A stretch of DNA of 63,538 nt, filler included, from Pelomyxa schiedti (GCA_020536535.1; 14 parts of 14 records of this genome joined end to end with filler, not necessarily neighbours in it); one strand, 5' to 3'; shown: positions 50,142-62,252, counted from the whole stretch's first letter. Translations and numbers: made by a program. The notes: generated from the sequence alone by a model not told the origin.

Positions 50142-51473
50142 CTAGAAGAAAGAGAAGGGGGAAATGAGGTTCAGTGATGTCAGACGAGGGAAATTGATTG
50201 TGAGGATGATGAGTCCTGATACTGGCTCCATCACCTCAATCCTGTTTGTGAAGGACTTGAAGATGAACCCTGAAGCCGCCGTCACATGGTGGAAGATGCT
50301 GGCGTTGTCCTTCTTGGCGTTGTTCCAGAATTTGAACTTGGTTCTTGGCAGAAGCTTGAGTGGTTGTGCCGCATTGTCACGGTGGAAGAGCTTGAATGAT
50401 CCCTCCTGCTTGTTGGAACAGAATGACACACAGAACACTGAATCAGACAAGCGGAACACATCATCCACGTTTTCATCATGGCACTTGAGAGGCCTGGAGG
50501 TGCCTGTTGATTCCTCCACGTGAAACACCTCGTGCACTCCGCGATTCCAAGCCCTCCTCAGCGTCTTCACGACGAAGGTTCGTGACCCATAACCAGGAGA
50601 AGACCGATCCCAGTTCCTCATCACAACAAGAGAAGCCAGCGAGTGTCCACTCGGGAACGCGCACCTCGTTGTGCTCAGCACAACCAGGACCCCGCTGCCG
50701 TATGTCTTCTCGACGTCAACAACGAAAATCGCGGCGCCGTTCTCAACGATGTGCACCACAACCACCTCGCCATCAACAGACTGGTCAGGGTACACCCTCA
50801 ACAATCCGGGACCCACCACAGACACTGACGGGATCCCAACAACAACAGCGGCAGCAGCAGCCCCCCTGCCAAGTGCCTCCTCGGTGTCTCCCGGCAGCCC
50901 CCTCAGCGACGCAACTGCAAGCGACGTGCAGCCCCGCCCGACGTCGACGCTGCTGTACATGGTCATCGCGGCCCAGCCCGCGTTGGCCACCAAGTAGTGC
51001 ACCACGCTGGGGGCGCACTGCATGACGGCCGCGCTGGCGCCGGTGCCGACGTCGCGGACCGAGACGGAGAGGCCGCCGTCGAGGCACATCACACGGTCGA
51101 CGGCGCGGCGGCTGTCGACGAGGGCGCCGGCCGCGGGGGCGCAGGGCCCGCTCGAGGCGCTCAGGAGGAGCGGGGAGGCCGCGAACCACAGCCTCGCGGT
51201 GCGGTAGGACGCCGCGGCGCCGCCGAGGCCGAGGGAGGTGCCCGAGACCTGCAGCACGAACCGCCGGATTGTGGGACGGACCCAGTCGGACCACAGCAGG
51301 CCGACGAACGAGGTGGCGTGGCCGCGTCCCATAACTCGCTGGATCGCGCTGCCGGAGCCGCACCGCGCGACGGTCGCGCCCGCGGCGAGCGCGCCAAGTT
51401 GGCCTCGCGTCGTGAGTGCGCCGATTGGTGTAGCGTCTTGGCACACGTCGTCCGTTACGTTACACGTTGCCAT
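50142..51473 (-). CDS. RCG-family protein
   Basis: TRGQLGALA..ARCGSGS..LWSDWV, VVDVEKTY..LVVLSTTRCAFP and SGFIF..IEVMEPVSG. Confidence 0.85.
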   Translation of the reverse strand: MATCNVTDDVCQDATPIGALTTRGQLGALAAGATVARCGSGSAIQRVMGRGHATSFVGLLWSDWVRPTIRRFVLQVSGTSLGLGGAAASYRTARLWFAASPLLLSASSGPCAPAAGALVDSRRAVDRVMCLDGGLSVSVRDVGTGASAAVMQCAPSVVHYLVANAGWAAMTMYSSVDVGRGCTSLAVASLRGLPGDTEEALGRGAAAAAVVVGIPSVSVVGPGLLRVYPDQSVDGEVVVVHIVENGAAIFVVDVEKTYGSGVLVVLSTTRCAFPSGHSLASLVVMRNWDRSSPGYGSRTFVVKTLRRAWNRGVHEVFHVEESTGTSRPLKCHDENVDDVFRLSDSVFCVSFCSNKQEGSFKLFHRDNAAQPLKLLPRTKFKFWNNAKKDNASIFHHVTAASGFIFKSFTNRIEVMEPVSGLIILTINFPRLTSLNLISPFSFF

Positions 51474-51649
51474 TTAAGTTTTTTCGCAGTTGAGAGATTC
51501 ACACAGTGATTCTTGAGCTCTGACCTTTCTTAAATGGGTGTTTTTTTTTTATGCAACACACATGGGGCCAAGAGTTCGGCCTTGGGAAAAAGATCCAGGA
51601 CGCACCAAAAAATGGTGCTCACCCATTCTTCCCAAACCCTTGATCATTT

Positions 51650-52796
51650 TTAGAAGAACATCATTCTCCAGAACTTGACACTGCAACAACACAGTATCAG
51701 GCCAGTCTGCAAATCAAACACAACTTTGTTGGTGGGGTCTTGCGCAGGGGCCACCATCAGGCCACGATCCAAGAGGGGTGAATCTTCAATGGTGTAAACT
51801 TGGCCTGTGAAGACGTTGTACACAGTGGTGTCTATCCTTGCAAGCTGGTAATTGATCTTTCTGACGGCCATGGATTCACCACACAGCCTCATCGTTTCTC
51901 CAGAACTGAGGCTCTCTGAAAACACAGCTGAAAACCCTGGTTCAAATCGTCTGCTCAACACCCTTTGGTGCCCAGTTCCATCCATGAACAAGTAAGGAAA
52001 GGCCACTAAATTAATCCCCAAGGGTGGTTTCGTGTACTCCCGCTTCCTGACAACCACCCTTGAGGATTCTGCAAGTCATTATGACCATTTCATTGCAATC
52101 TGATGTAAGCATTGAAGCCTCGTCACCAAGCCCAATGAGGTCGGGCTCTGTGTGCGAGAACACAAAATCACTTCTTTCCATAACAGCTTTGAAAGTGGGT
52201 CCCCCAAAAATCTCTTTTGAAGATACAGACTCACCAGCTGTGGAATTGCATTCTCCTCCTCCACGGCATGGCTGTGGCACCCTGAGAAGGTAGAGGGCAT
52301 CAAATCCCCAAACCAGAGCCCACTTGTGGTTCGACCACACATTTATAGGCCTCTTCCTCATTGTGTGGAGTGTGACCCTGGGAATGGACGGGCTTGTTGC
52401 ATCCACCACCCGCAAGTGGTGGCCGTTGCTGTCGCACTGGAAAACCAGAAGCCCGGCGGAGCTGCCACTGCCGCTGGGGGAAGGCCAGGACATTATGGTG
52501 TGGCACATTGGCCACTCCTGGCTCTCCACGGTGCTGATGATCCCCAGTGTGTGGCCAATGGAAACCATTGTCGCGGAGCCGGAATTGCCGGTGGTCGTCA
52601 CGAGGAACCGCCTGGCGGGCCTGAGCACCCAGCCCTCGCCGATGAGCCTCGCCACGTCGTTCGTGACGCGCGCGCGGATTGTGGGTTTCCCCCTCGGGGG
52701 GCACAGCGCCAGGCACATCGCGACGCATTGGTCTCTCGCGTCAAGCACGCGTTCAATGGACACGTAGATAGGCGCGTCGCCGCTATACATCCGCAA
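51650..52796 (-). pseudogene. Divergent RCG-family gene with an apparent frameshift near 52057
   Basis: ARDQCVAM..PRG..LIGEGWV and NHKW motifs. Two overlapping ORFs with no obvious intron between them. Confidence 0.6.
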
Positions 52797-52848
52797 GATC
52801 TGATCGACTTCTTCTGGTAATTGATGTCTCTATCTACTGATCCAAGAA

Positions 52849-54281
52849 ATGGGTGCCAGTAAAAGCCGTTGTAACAGCGCCGTTGAAGAAGAAGAACAAC
52901 AACTCAATGAAAGAGTTGCGGCAGGTGACACAAGTGCAATGTTCGAACTGAGCCAGCGGTATCTCTCGGGGTGGTGGCGACCACCAGCCCCCACAGAAAC
53001 AACAGGCACCACAGCACAAACAACCGGCGAGTGCACCACCAAGGGGCTCACGCTTCTTACGCAGGCGGCTGGAGGGGGACACGCAGAGGCAATGTGTCTC
53101 TTGGCTGAGTTACACCGCGATGGAAGGTGCGGGTTGGCGAGGGACCTGGACAGGGCATGTGCGTTGTATGAGAGGGCCGGAAATGGGAACAGAATGTGGT
53201 ATGTTGGGTGGCTGTTTTACCGCGGAGGTGGCGCCGAGACATGCGATGTGGAAAAGGCTGTGGCTGTGTGGAAAAGGGCAGCTGACATGGGCGACGACGG
53301 GGCAATGGCGGAGCTTGGGTGGTGCTATCAGTATGGCATTTGTGTGGAGCGCGATGTGGAGAAGGCTGTGGCGCTGTACAACATGGCAATAGCGAGCAAT
53401 GAGAGGCGCCATTCGTGGAGGCTTGGCGTGTGCCATTTGCTCGGTGAGGGAGTGGAAAGAGACTGGGGCAAGGCTGTCGAACTCATGCAGAAGTCTGGGA
53501 ATGATGTGAACGCGACGGCCCACGTTGCGTGGTGCTACTTGTGTGGTGGTTGCGGTGTGGAGAGAGACCCGGTTTGTGCAGTGGCGCTGCTCAAAGGATG
53601 CGGCTCAAACAGGGCCTCAGTGTTCCTTGGATTTTGCCATGAAAGGGGGATTGGTGTTGACATGGACCCCAGCAAGGCTCGTGAGCTGTTTGACGAGGGG
53701 AAAAAGTACCCTGACGGTGCTGAGGCACTTGGGGAGATTGCCCAGTTCTTGTGGAGGGGTGACTGTGGCGTCCCAACTGACAGGAAAGCAGCAGTTGGGT
53801 ATTTCCAGATGGGTGCCGATGGTGGTGATCCCATTTCAATGTATCCCGTGTTTGGTTGGAGAAGGCTGCACACTTTGGCCACAGAGCTGCAGCACTTCTT
53901 TCAGAATCACAGGTTGAGGTTCCCAGAACTACGGGTTCAGGGTGATGAATCTGTCACCTTCTGTGAACTACAATCAAAGACAACAAACGAAATAATAAAT
54001 AAAAAACAACAAAAAAAAGCAACGTGGATGGACGGCCCCACCCCAACCAACAACGACGGTAGGGCCGGGAAAGTGGTCCACTGTCTCATTATGGGTGAGC
54101 CAACCAAAGTGGCCGAGGTTATGGCCGCAATGGCGAAACTAGCAACAACAACAACCCCAAACAAAGCCAAAAACAGTAATAACGGTCATTATGAAAATAC
54201 CACCCCCAATACCAAAACCAATACAGCCCCTACTGTCTCCATCACAACCCCACTTTCAAACCAGCAACTGGGGAACATTGT
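52849..54281 (+). CDS. SEL1-like repeat protein, possible N-myristoylation (3' end uncertain)
   Basis: Repeated AM.ELG.CY..G..VERD..KAV motifs up to about 53845. The protein starts MGASKS. Confidence 0.88.
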
Positions 54282-54381
54282 NNNNNNNNNNNNNNNNNNN
54301 NNNNNNNNNNNNNNNNNNNNNNNNNTTAATTAATTAANNNNNNNNNNNNNNNNNNNNNNNNNNNNNNNNNNNNNNNNNNNN

Positions 54382-56072
54382 AGGGGGCCGCCAGGGGATT
54401 ACCCCGGTGCCCTGTCACCCCCCCATTGCCAGCAGCTCTCCCCCTAACATTTCACAGGTTTTTTTTTTCTTCCCACTTTTTTGTTCTTGCAACGGGTCCA
54501 GGTAATTCCCCCAGGAGACCTGCCATCCCCCCCATTGCCCGCAGCTCTCCCCCTAACATTTCACAGGTTTTTTTTCCACTTGATCCACTTAACTTTCTGC
54601 ATACTATACTAGAAGGGTGGTCACCACGTAATGGGAGTGAAGCGTAAGAATTTAGAAAGAAACAACCGCGATTTGAGTGAATGTTCGAATCCCTGGTTGG
54701 GGTGAGGTGGGTGCACTTTGGAATTGTTCTAAGTTGGAGGGATTGTGACATATGTATTGTTGAATGTGTCTGCACACTGCTGTGTAGGGTCGACCGTTAC
54801 GTGTGCATGTACGGCATGTCTTTGTGGAACAGGCATTCGTACTACTGCACACACATCCCAGGCGTGGTCGTTTGGTGTTAGAATTCTGGCACGCTGTATA
54901 CGGTCTTTTGTAGGGAAGTAGACGTTCATGGTATGCGGATGAGTCGGAGGAGGAGCTTATCGACAGGGAAGTCAGGACTTTTTCTGAGGAGGAAACAGGA
55001 TCTTCTCGTAACTGTGGAGCAATTAGAATTATACAGAGCAGGTGTCGTTGGTTTATCTTGCAGTGCGTCATAGCACAGTTACTATACATAGTAGAATGGT
55101 AGATGCTGTGAATCATTAGAAAACGAAGTTTCACGTACACCATAGAATACATGTTTCGCATGGACTGATGTGGCTGTGTTCTCTGCCAAAGTGTGTTCTG
55201 TCTGGCGAGCTCTGTACGTAATATTCTGCTGGTAGACCTTGTGTAAGTACTTTGTCTGGAATGCTGCGCAGTAAGTATAGGCTGTTCCAGTTTTTACAAC
55301 GAGCCAATGCTACGATAGCCCATCCATTGTGCTTGGGGCTGGGCCCCGTAGGTGGTATGGCTAGATCAACCACGGTACCACCACCAAGTGTTTGTCCTTG
55401 TGCTTTTATGACTTGCCAAGACGATGCTGTGATAAATAGGTATCTGACGCCTATGCACAGCATATTTTCAGTGAATAACGAAATGTACTATGTTCGGGGA
55501 AAATGGCCATGTCTCCTGTAGAGGGTGCCGTTCCCGATGCATGTTGCGGTAGAGCTACACTGCGTTCCGCCGCTCTTGCAAGAGGAATTTGTAGAAATAC
55601 ACACAGTGATGAAATCAGGCATCGCAGGCAATAAAACGTAGTTTTGAAGCTTCATTTGTTGTGCTGTAGGTGCTGTATAGCTAGCTGTCATCGGTGCGGG
55701 CGTATGACGTTGTATGGGGGAGGGCCCTGGCTCCCTCACAGCCTCGCAGCGCGCAGGAGACCAGCAGAGAGCCCCGCCAGGGGGAGCCGCCAAGCCCCAT
55801 CCCCTCGCCGTCACGAGGTGTGGCAGTCCCCCCCCATACACGCCCGATCTAAGGGCACGCACCGACTCGATCCTTCCCAGCACACACTGGCTGAATAAAA
55901 AAAACACCAGACCACCGATCCTGAGCGACGATAACGAAAATGCATTTTCCGAACGAGTGGATTTCCCGAGGGAGAGTGGAGATTGGGCAGGTGACAGGGG
56001 GCCGCCAGGGGATTACCCCGGTGCCCTGTCACCCCCCCATTGCCAGCAGCTCTCCCCCTAACATTTCACAGG
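54382..56072 (-). mobile_element. Helitron-like unit with a PIF1 helicase C-terminal fragment and a Cys cluster; the contig overlaps itself
   Basis: KAQGQTL..VVDLAIPPTG...IVALAR...LYLLR (PIF1 motifs V/VI) and CVC..C.TKTC..C..NG..C..IC.NP. Identical 77-bp ends. GC hairpin at 55990..56033. Confidence 0.7.
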
Positions 56073-56172
56073 NNNNNNNNNNNNNNNNNNNNNNNNNNNN
56101 NNNNNNNNNNNNNNNNTTAATTAATTAANNNNNNNNNNNNNNNNNNNNNNNNNNNNNNNNNNNNNNNNNNNN

Positions 56173-56797
56173 GCCTGTTCGAGCATTGTACAAAGCTTGT
56201 AGATCAACACACCAGGCTCTCAAAGGAGCTCTCTGATCAGGTAACCCTGGGACACAACCTCCACAAGCAAATTGAGGAGATACAAGGCTCATGTTCAGAG
56301 CTGATGAGACAACACAAAACCAAGTGGATGCTTCAGCGAGGGATGGAGGGTGACGAGCAGTTCATTGCATTGCCTGCTGTGTGGTCTCAGCTCTCTGAGT
56401 TGCTCCCCCCAGCTCAACAGGCGCTTGTCGACCTCATTGTTATTGTTGCCAAGTCCACTTCTTCTTCCTCTTCTTTCATTCACCCGCAGAAACAAACACC
56501 AGCAGGAGAAGCAGTGGCAAGAAGAGCAACACTTCCAGGGTGCACTGCAGCCACGTCGTCACCATCAGACAACAACAGCCAGGAGGAAACAGTGGTGCTG
56601 TGCTTTGTGTGTGAGGAGAGGCCACCAAACATTTACTTCCAGCCCTGTGGTCACGCAGTTGTGTGCTCTGAGGTTTGTTGCTATTTCAATCTCATTTGAC
56701 ACTTTTTCCTGAAACAACAAATGGACAGTGTTCAACAGCTCTGAAGAGGTGCACCACATGCCGCACACCCATTCACCACAAGCAGACTCTTTTCTGA
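56173..56797 (+). CDS. 3' fragment of a C-terminal C3HC4 RING E3 ligase
   Basis: CFVCEERPPNIYFQPCGHAVVCSE-CSTALKRCTTCRTPI, joined across intron 56673..56728. Confidence 0.88.
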
Positions 56798-56873
56798 TAA
56801 TAACCCTTGTTTATTTCTGAAAGAGTGGGGTCTCCAGTCTGAACAATGTTTAGTGCCCTAGTCATCAGGTGAC

Positions 56874-58286
56874 ATGAACATGGGACGAGAAACAATCAAC
56901 AGACAGGAACACAATTATTTTCTCTCTGAGGAATCAACCGTGATTGTGGTTTGCTCCCAAATGAGCACCTACCAGTGGGGCGTTACAACGAAGCGCAACC
57001 GAGGGCGGTTCTATGACGGCATTGACGCAGATTGGTTTGCGGCACCACGGAGGCTAGTCAACAGAAATGGCGAGAACATGTCAGCGGAGTGGCTCCCGAC
57101 GCTGAGCGTCCAACCCGTCACCGACGCTCGCGCTCAGTTCGTCGCCTTGGCATGTGGGATCTTTTTTGACCGCCGATGTGGCCCAGGCTGTGCCCTACAA
57201 CTGCTGAGGGGATCTGTCCACGTTCTGGAGATGCTCGGAAGGAGGTGGGTGGTATGTGCCGCCAGGCACGTTGTGGACCTAGTTGACGAGATCGTTCGTT
57301 ACCAAGATGTGGTGTGGTCTGTGATGTGTTGCGTGTCCTTGGAGCTGTCACCCACGCTTGGAGTTTTGAGCGGCGCGTGCTGGATCCCTCCAAAGTGGAA
57401 GGGAATACATGGCATTCCAGGGAGCAGCAACTTTATTGTAAGCCTGGAAGGGCAAGAATGTGTCATGAACAACAAAGGTCGGTTTGTGAGGACGCTACAA
57501 CCACCAGAGATTTACGGCACATGGAGTTGCAACTCCAAATGGCTGGTGAACAACATCTCTCAGTATTTCACCCTGTGGAGAATTGCGAACGTGGGTGAAC
57601 CCAAGAACCCTGGGGTGCGGGTGACAATGGGCGATTTGCATTGCATTAGCAGTGGCTTTCCCCCTGGTGATGGAGATGAGTTGTGTGTGATTGTAAAGGA
57701 GCAGTCAAGCTACATATTTTTTGTTGACTTGCCTCATAGTCTGGAACACGGCACAATTGAGATTGCAAAAAGGGTTCCCCTGCCATACTCCTCTGCATTT
57801 AACATGCTGTGGGTTTCCACAAATGAACTGCTCACACTACATTTCTTTGAGGAGGGCTTCATGGTGTACAACACGGAATCTCAAAGGGAGAAGATCTTTT
57901 CTTCAAGATACTCAGATTTAGACACGTACAGCTCCTCACACCTGGTTGCCACCCTTGACAAAGAAACGGAAAACAAACTGGGCATCAAACAAGAGGTGTT
58001 TTGTGCCTCCGACTTGGATACTCCCTGCAACTGTATTACAGACACAACAGTGCAGTTGCAATCACCTGAAGGCACAGGAGTCTATTCTGCACCCTGCAAT
58101 GACTCCCCAACATGGCGGTGGTGGTTCTTGACTAGCGAAACAGTCTCATTTCAGATCAAGGACCTCATAACGGGATCAGCTTTGGCGATAATTACCGCGA
58201 CGTGGACCCCCCCTGGTGCCAGTGACATTGAGGAAATGCTCCACAACACACGCCCCATGTCACCCCCCTTTCCCACCACACATTGA
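56874..58286 (+). CDS. RCG-family protein
   Basis: ARAQFVALACG..RRCGPG..LGRRWV, CNSKWLV and FFVDL. Confidence 0.8.
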   Translation: MNMGRETINRQEHNYFLSEESTVIVVCSQMSTYQWGVTTKRNRGRFYDGIDADWFAAPRRLVNRNGENMSAEWLPTLSVQPVTDARAQFVALACGIFFDRRCGPGCALQLLRGSVHVLEMLGRRWVVCAARHVVDLVDEIVRYQDVVWSVMCCVSLELSPTLGVLSGACWIPPKWKGIHGIPGSSNFIVSLEGQECVMNNKGRFVRTLQPPEIYGTWSCNSKWLVNNISQYFTLWRIANVGEPKNPGVRVTMGDLHCISSGFPPGDGDELCVIVKEQSSYIFFVDLPHSLEHGTIEIAKRVPLPYSSAFNMLWVSTNELLTLHFFEEGFMVYNTESQREKIFSSRYSDLDTYSSSHLVATLDKETENKLGIKQEVFCASDLDTPCNCITDTTVQLQSPEGTGVYSAPCNDSPTWRWWFLTSETVSFQIKDLITGSALAIITATWTPPGASDIEEMLHNTRPMSPPFPTTH

Positions 58287-58819
58287 TGTGGAATGACCTT
58301 TTTAACCTACTTGATGAATTTCTATCTCAGCAATCAGATGATTCCTGTTTCCACATGGATCCTTGATTTATGTGCCAACATAAAAAAAAGAACAGAATTT
58401 TTTCCTTCTTTTTTGCCACCTTTATCAACAACAACGAATTGGTCGGCATCAAGACATGACGTTGTATCTGCCGCCGGCTTTGTCGGGAGGGTGATACAGC
58501 AGCGTGGCCTCCTCCAGTATCCTCTTGATCTCCTTCTTTGNNNNNNNNNNNNNNNNNNNNNNNNNNNNNNNNNNNNNNNNNNNNTTAATTAATTAANNNN
58601 NNNNNNNNNNNNNNNNNNNNNNNNNNNNNNNNNNNNNNNNTTTGCCAAGGACATTCATCAGGCACAGAGACTGTGGCTGAGGGCAGCTTCCCTTGGTAAT
58701 ACTGATGCCATTGCCCAACTCAGAATTCTGAACGCTGGGAAGCAGTAACATTTCTTTTACTCCCTTGAAGGTTGCCTTTAAATCGGTTTTTTTCCCCTTT
58801 CACACAAAAAAAAAACGTG

Positions 58820-59844
58820 ATGGCGTCGTCCACGACACGAACAGTGCCACACCTCCCGCAACCGCAACGGCAAGGACAACCCACAATTGTTGTGCACCTG
58901 AGTGCACGTGACCAGTTCGCCGCGCTGGCGACGTCGTCCCACAGCCGTTGCGGCGCACGCAGCCCCGCGCGCCTCATGACCTCCCAGCCCGCGCTTCTCA
59001 TCCAATTGTGGGATCTCCTGACCGCAGCAACAACAAGGGCGACGTCGACCATTGGTGTGACTGTCACATCACTCGACGTCGATTCGCTCCGCAACCGGCA
59101 CATCATTCTCACGTCGTTTTGTGTGTCCAATTTGTTGGGCACTATCTGCTCCAGGCCCAACAGTGGCCGTTCGTGGCCACCATCACAATCAACGGCATCA
59201 TCGCCAGTCTCTGTGTTTGAGTGGGATCACGATGGAGTGTTTCACTACGAGGCCATGTCTGTTGCGCCAATCAGGGACACCTTATTGACCAACATCGCGC
59301 CTGAAAGCAGCAACAACAAGCACGGGGTAGGGACGGGAATGGTGGTGAATGGCGTGTGCGAGATGGTGTTTTCCATTGCTGAGTCTTCATTTTGGTTGAG
59401 GGTGCCTTATGTGGTGACAGATGATGGAGAGGGCGGAAATAAAGGCAGTGAGCTACTGATTCACAAGGGGGCATTTGATGTGGGGTCAGCAAACAGCAAG
59501 TGGATGGTGCACAGTTGCATGGGATTTAGAGGCTTCAGACTGGTCAGGCTCTCTGACTGCTCTGCGAAGAGGATTCCAGTGGCTGAGAGTGGGGAGAGAA
59601 TGAGAGCACTGTACGACAACCCACTTGTCTCAGTGTTCTTCAACAAGAGCAATGAAGACGAGGCAGTGATGGTGGTCGAGGGCTTCACCATGGTTGCCGT
59701 TGATCTTTCAGAGTCATTCCTGTCTGGATTTGCCAGAGTTCTGAGTGAGACTTCATGGGGAATCCGAAAACCCAGCATGTACTCGGCAATTGAAAATGTG
59801 CTCGTCTTCAACAATGGGACACACAGTGGCAACCGGTTGTTAAT
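58820..59844 (+). CDS. RCG-family protein, 3' truncated by contig end
   Basis: ARDQFAALATSSHSRCGARSP..QLWD, ANSKWMV and VAVDLSESF. Confidence 0.85.
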
Positions 59845-59944
59845 NNNNNNNNNNNNNNNNNNNNNNNNNNNNNNNNNNNNNNNNNNNNTTAATTAATTAA
59901 NNNNNNNNNNNNNNNNNNNNNNNNNNNNNNNNNNNNNNNNNNNN

Positions 59945-60432
59945 AGGAAGATAACATCGTTGTGGACCCGCAAACCAACCGGCTCACTCTTATCGACTTC
60001 GGAATGGCGCAGCAATGTGTTCCAGACAACCAAGGCCACAGCAACAACATGATAGCACTCCTCACGCCCACCGGCAACACATGGGGAAACCTCGGAACCA
60101 TTCCGCCGGAGGTTATGGCATTCATCGGCAATTCCCGCGGTTCGGCACAGCTGTTCTCACTGTCCAAGTGTGACATGGCCAGGTTCACCGCCGAATCCCT
60201 CGCTGCGTCATTCCCCCTGCCCCCGCCTTTCTCCGCCCCTCCCACCAACAATACCACCACCACATCGACACGATCATCATCCACAGCAAGCAATGCACCC
60301 GGTGACCCGAGAGTGGAGTGCCTCACACGGGTTCTGCTGGGGATGATGCACCCACAACAGTCTCTGAGGATGTCAGCTGCGCAGGCAATCACCACAATCA
60401 CCCCACTTGTATCCACCACCATCACCTCATGA
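59945..60432 (+). CDS. Protein kinase C-lobe fragment (PINK1-like style)
   Basis: NIVVD..LIDFG..WGNLGTIPPEV..LSKCD..RMSAAQAI. It may carry an internal deletion. Confidence 0.7.
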
Positions 60433-60480
60433 TTCTCCAAAAAAACGGATTCACGTAAATCTCTATCACCCAAAAAATCG

Positions 60481-61818
60481 ATGCCGCAGAGCCACGCCAC
60501 AATCCTGACGCGGGACCAAATGGCGGCACTCGCCGCGGGGATCCACCCCAGGTGCGGCAGCCGAGGCGCCCTGCTCGCGATTATGGGGCCCCACCACGCC
60601 CACCACCTCGTCCGCGACCTCGTGTGGTCCGGCCTCGTGCTCCCCACCCTCGCCCTGTTCCTCGTCGACGTGGCCGCTTCCGAGTCCGCCTTCTCCATCG
60701 GCAGCACCCGCGTGTTGCTCTCGTTCGTGCTCTCCCCGGTGCTCCTCAGCGTGTTCCGCGCGCCCACTCGGGCGCCCCACGACGGCCCCAGCGGCGGCCA
60801 GTGGTTCGGCCCCCGGCACGCCGCCCACCTCGATTTCGTCGGCGGCCTCAGGGTGGAAGATCTGGTGAGCAGAACCATCGTGACCGTGCGGCCGCCGAGC
60901 ACGCACAGGGGCCCACCCGCGAGGAGGTGGGCTGCAAACTCCAAGTGGGGCGTGTCGCTGACGTCCGTTTACTCCTCCTCCCACAATGATGATGATGATG
61001 GGGACTGGGGCTGGTGTGTCACCGTTGGTGTTGCATCCACGAGTGGCGTGATTGCAGTCGCTTCCAGGTCTGCTGTCGGCAGCGAAGAAATTGAGAGCAG
61101 TGATGGTGAGAGTGGAACTTTCGTTTTTGTGACCATGAAGGTGCTTTCCAATGCAGTGGTGAATGTGCATATGGACCATGCGGTTGACAGTGAGGCAATC
61201 ATCACAGAGGTGACGGCTAAGAGTGCGGTGATGTCTGTTGTGGACTTGGAGCAGACATACAAAAGCAGGAGCCTGGTGGTTGTGAGCACAACGACGTGGC
61301 CTCTTCCTGTTGGTCACTGGTTTCTTGATTCCGTTGTGATGAGGAGGAGAAGGAAGAGTTCTGATGGAGCATCTCCACGACGAGTTTTCATTGTGAAGAC
61401 TTTATGCAATGAGACTAGTTGTGCCTTATTCCGCGTTGATGAGCAGCAGACAGGTCCCTCGGAGTATAACTTAATCACACTTCCGGGTGGTCACGACGAG
61501 GTTGATGTGTACCCAGTGACACAATCTCTGTTCTGGTATGTGTCATTCGACAGTTGCGACCCACAAAAGAAGAGTGTATACACTGTGTGCGACTGTGATG
61601 ATGTTGAGCACCCAGTGCTCGTTGAGGACTTATGCAGCAGCGACCATGGCTGGATGGCTGCAGAGGGTGGGTTCCTCTTCGGTGTGGGAAGTAACGGGAT
61701 TGAGGTTCTTGAGCCAACAAGTGGTGGTGTTGTCCTCACAATCAAATTTCCTGGGTTCAGTTGCCTCGACCTCATGAACCGTCCCTTTTCCTGTTGCCTG
61801 TCCACTGAAAAACCATAA
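60481..61818 (+). CDS. RCG-family protein
   Basis: TRDQMAALAAGIHPRCGS..LVW, ANSKW, VVDLEQTYKS.LVVVSTT and GGFLF..IEVLEPTSG. Confidence 0.88.
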   Translation: MPQSHATILTRDQMAALAAGIHPRCGSRGALLAIMGPHHAHHLVRDLVWSGLVLPTLALFLVDVAASESAFSIGSTRVLLSFVLSPVLLSVFRAPTRAPHDGPSGGQWFGPRHAAHLDFVGGLRVEDLVSRTIVTVRPPSTHRGPPARRWAANSKWGVSLTSVYSSSHNDDDDGDWGWCVTVGVASTSGVIAVASRSAVGSEEIESSDGESGTFVFVTMKVLSNAVVNVHMDHAVDSEAIITEVTAKSAVMSVVDLEQTYKSRSLVVVSTTTWPLPVGHWFLDSVVMRRRRKSSDGASPRRVFIVKTLCNETSCALFRVDEQQTGPSEYNLITLPGGHDEVDVYPVTQSLFWYVSFDSCDPQKKSVYTVCDCDDVEHPVLVEDLCSSDHGWMAAEGGFLFGVGSNGIEVLEPTSGGVVLTIKFPGFSCLDLMNRPFSCCLSTEKP

Positions 61819-61993
61819 CCAAAAGCATGAATATGTACTGCATGGGAAATGACTTCTGAAGTCATTGGTTAGAATGACTTGACTAAAAGTCCTCAGTCAT
61901 TGGTTAGAATTTCCCACAACGTAAATTGGTAACACCTGTGTGCATTTGCTCAGCCGGGTTCCTGGAAACAAAAAAAATTCTAATTTAGTATTG

Positions 61994-62252
61994 ATGAAGG
62001 TCGGCAGGGCGGGAGGTGGTGCTCGTGGCGAGCACGAGGAGTCCGTGGTGTGTTGCGGTGTGTGCGGTAGGGGGCTCTACGATGATGACGACGCGGCGGT
62101 GGGTGGTGTTCTCTCCACAACACCCACGGCCCCGGCCACCACGACTCCCTGCACATCAGCAGCAGCAGAAGCAACGGAAAGAATGAATTGTGGGCCAGCG
62201 TGTCCTGTTGTGATGCCAGGGTGTGGCCACACGGTGTGTTTGGAATGTGCCG
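61994..62252 (+). CDS. N-terminal RING finger fragment with a low-complexity insert
   Basis: CGVC ... PVVMPGCGHTVCLEC, cut by the contig end. Confidence 0.7.

Noticed and set aside
56005-56022. ATTAC in a stem-loop resembling a CRESS-virus origin
   Set aside because: GGGGATTAC does not match NANTATTAC, and there is no Rep or capsid. The helicase is PIF1-type rather than SF3.
58450-58540. J-domain-like fragment EIKRILEEATLLYHPPDK on the minus strand
   Set aside because: The HPD motif is broken, a stop follows shortly, and it is only about 30 codons at a contig edge.
61848-61910. Small hairpin and a duplicated AGTCATTGGTTAGAAT
   Set aside because: Only two short copies, consistent with a local slippage duplication. 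It is not a CRISPR array or a supportable terminator.
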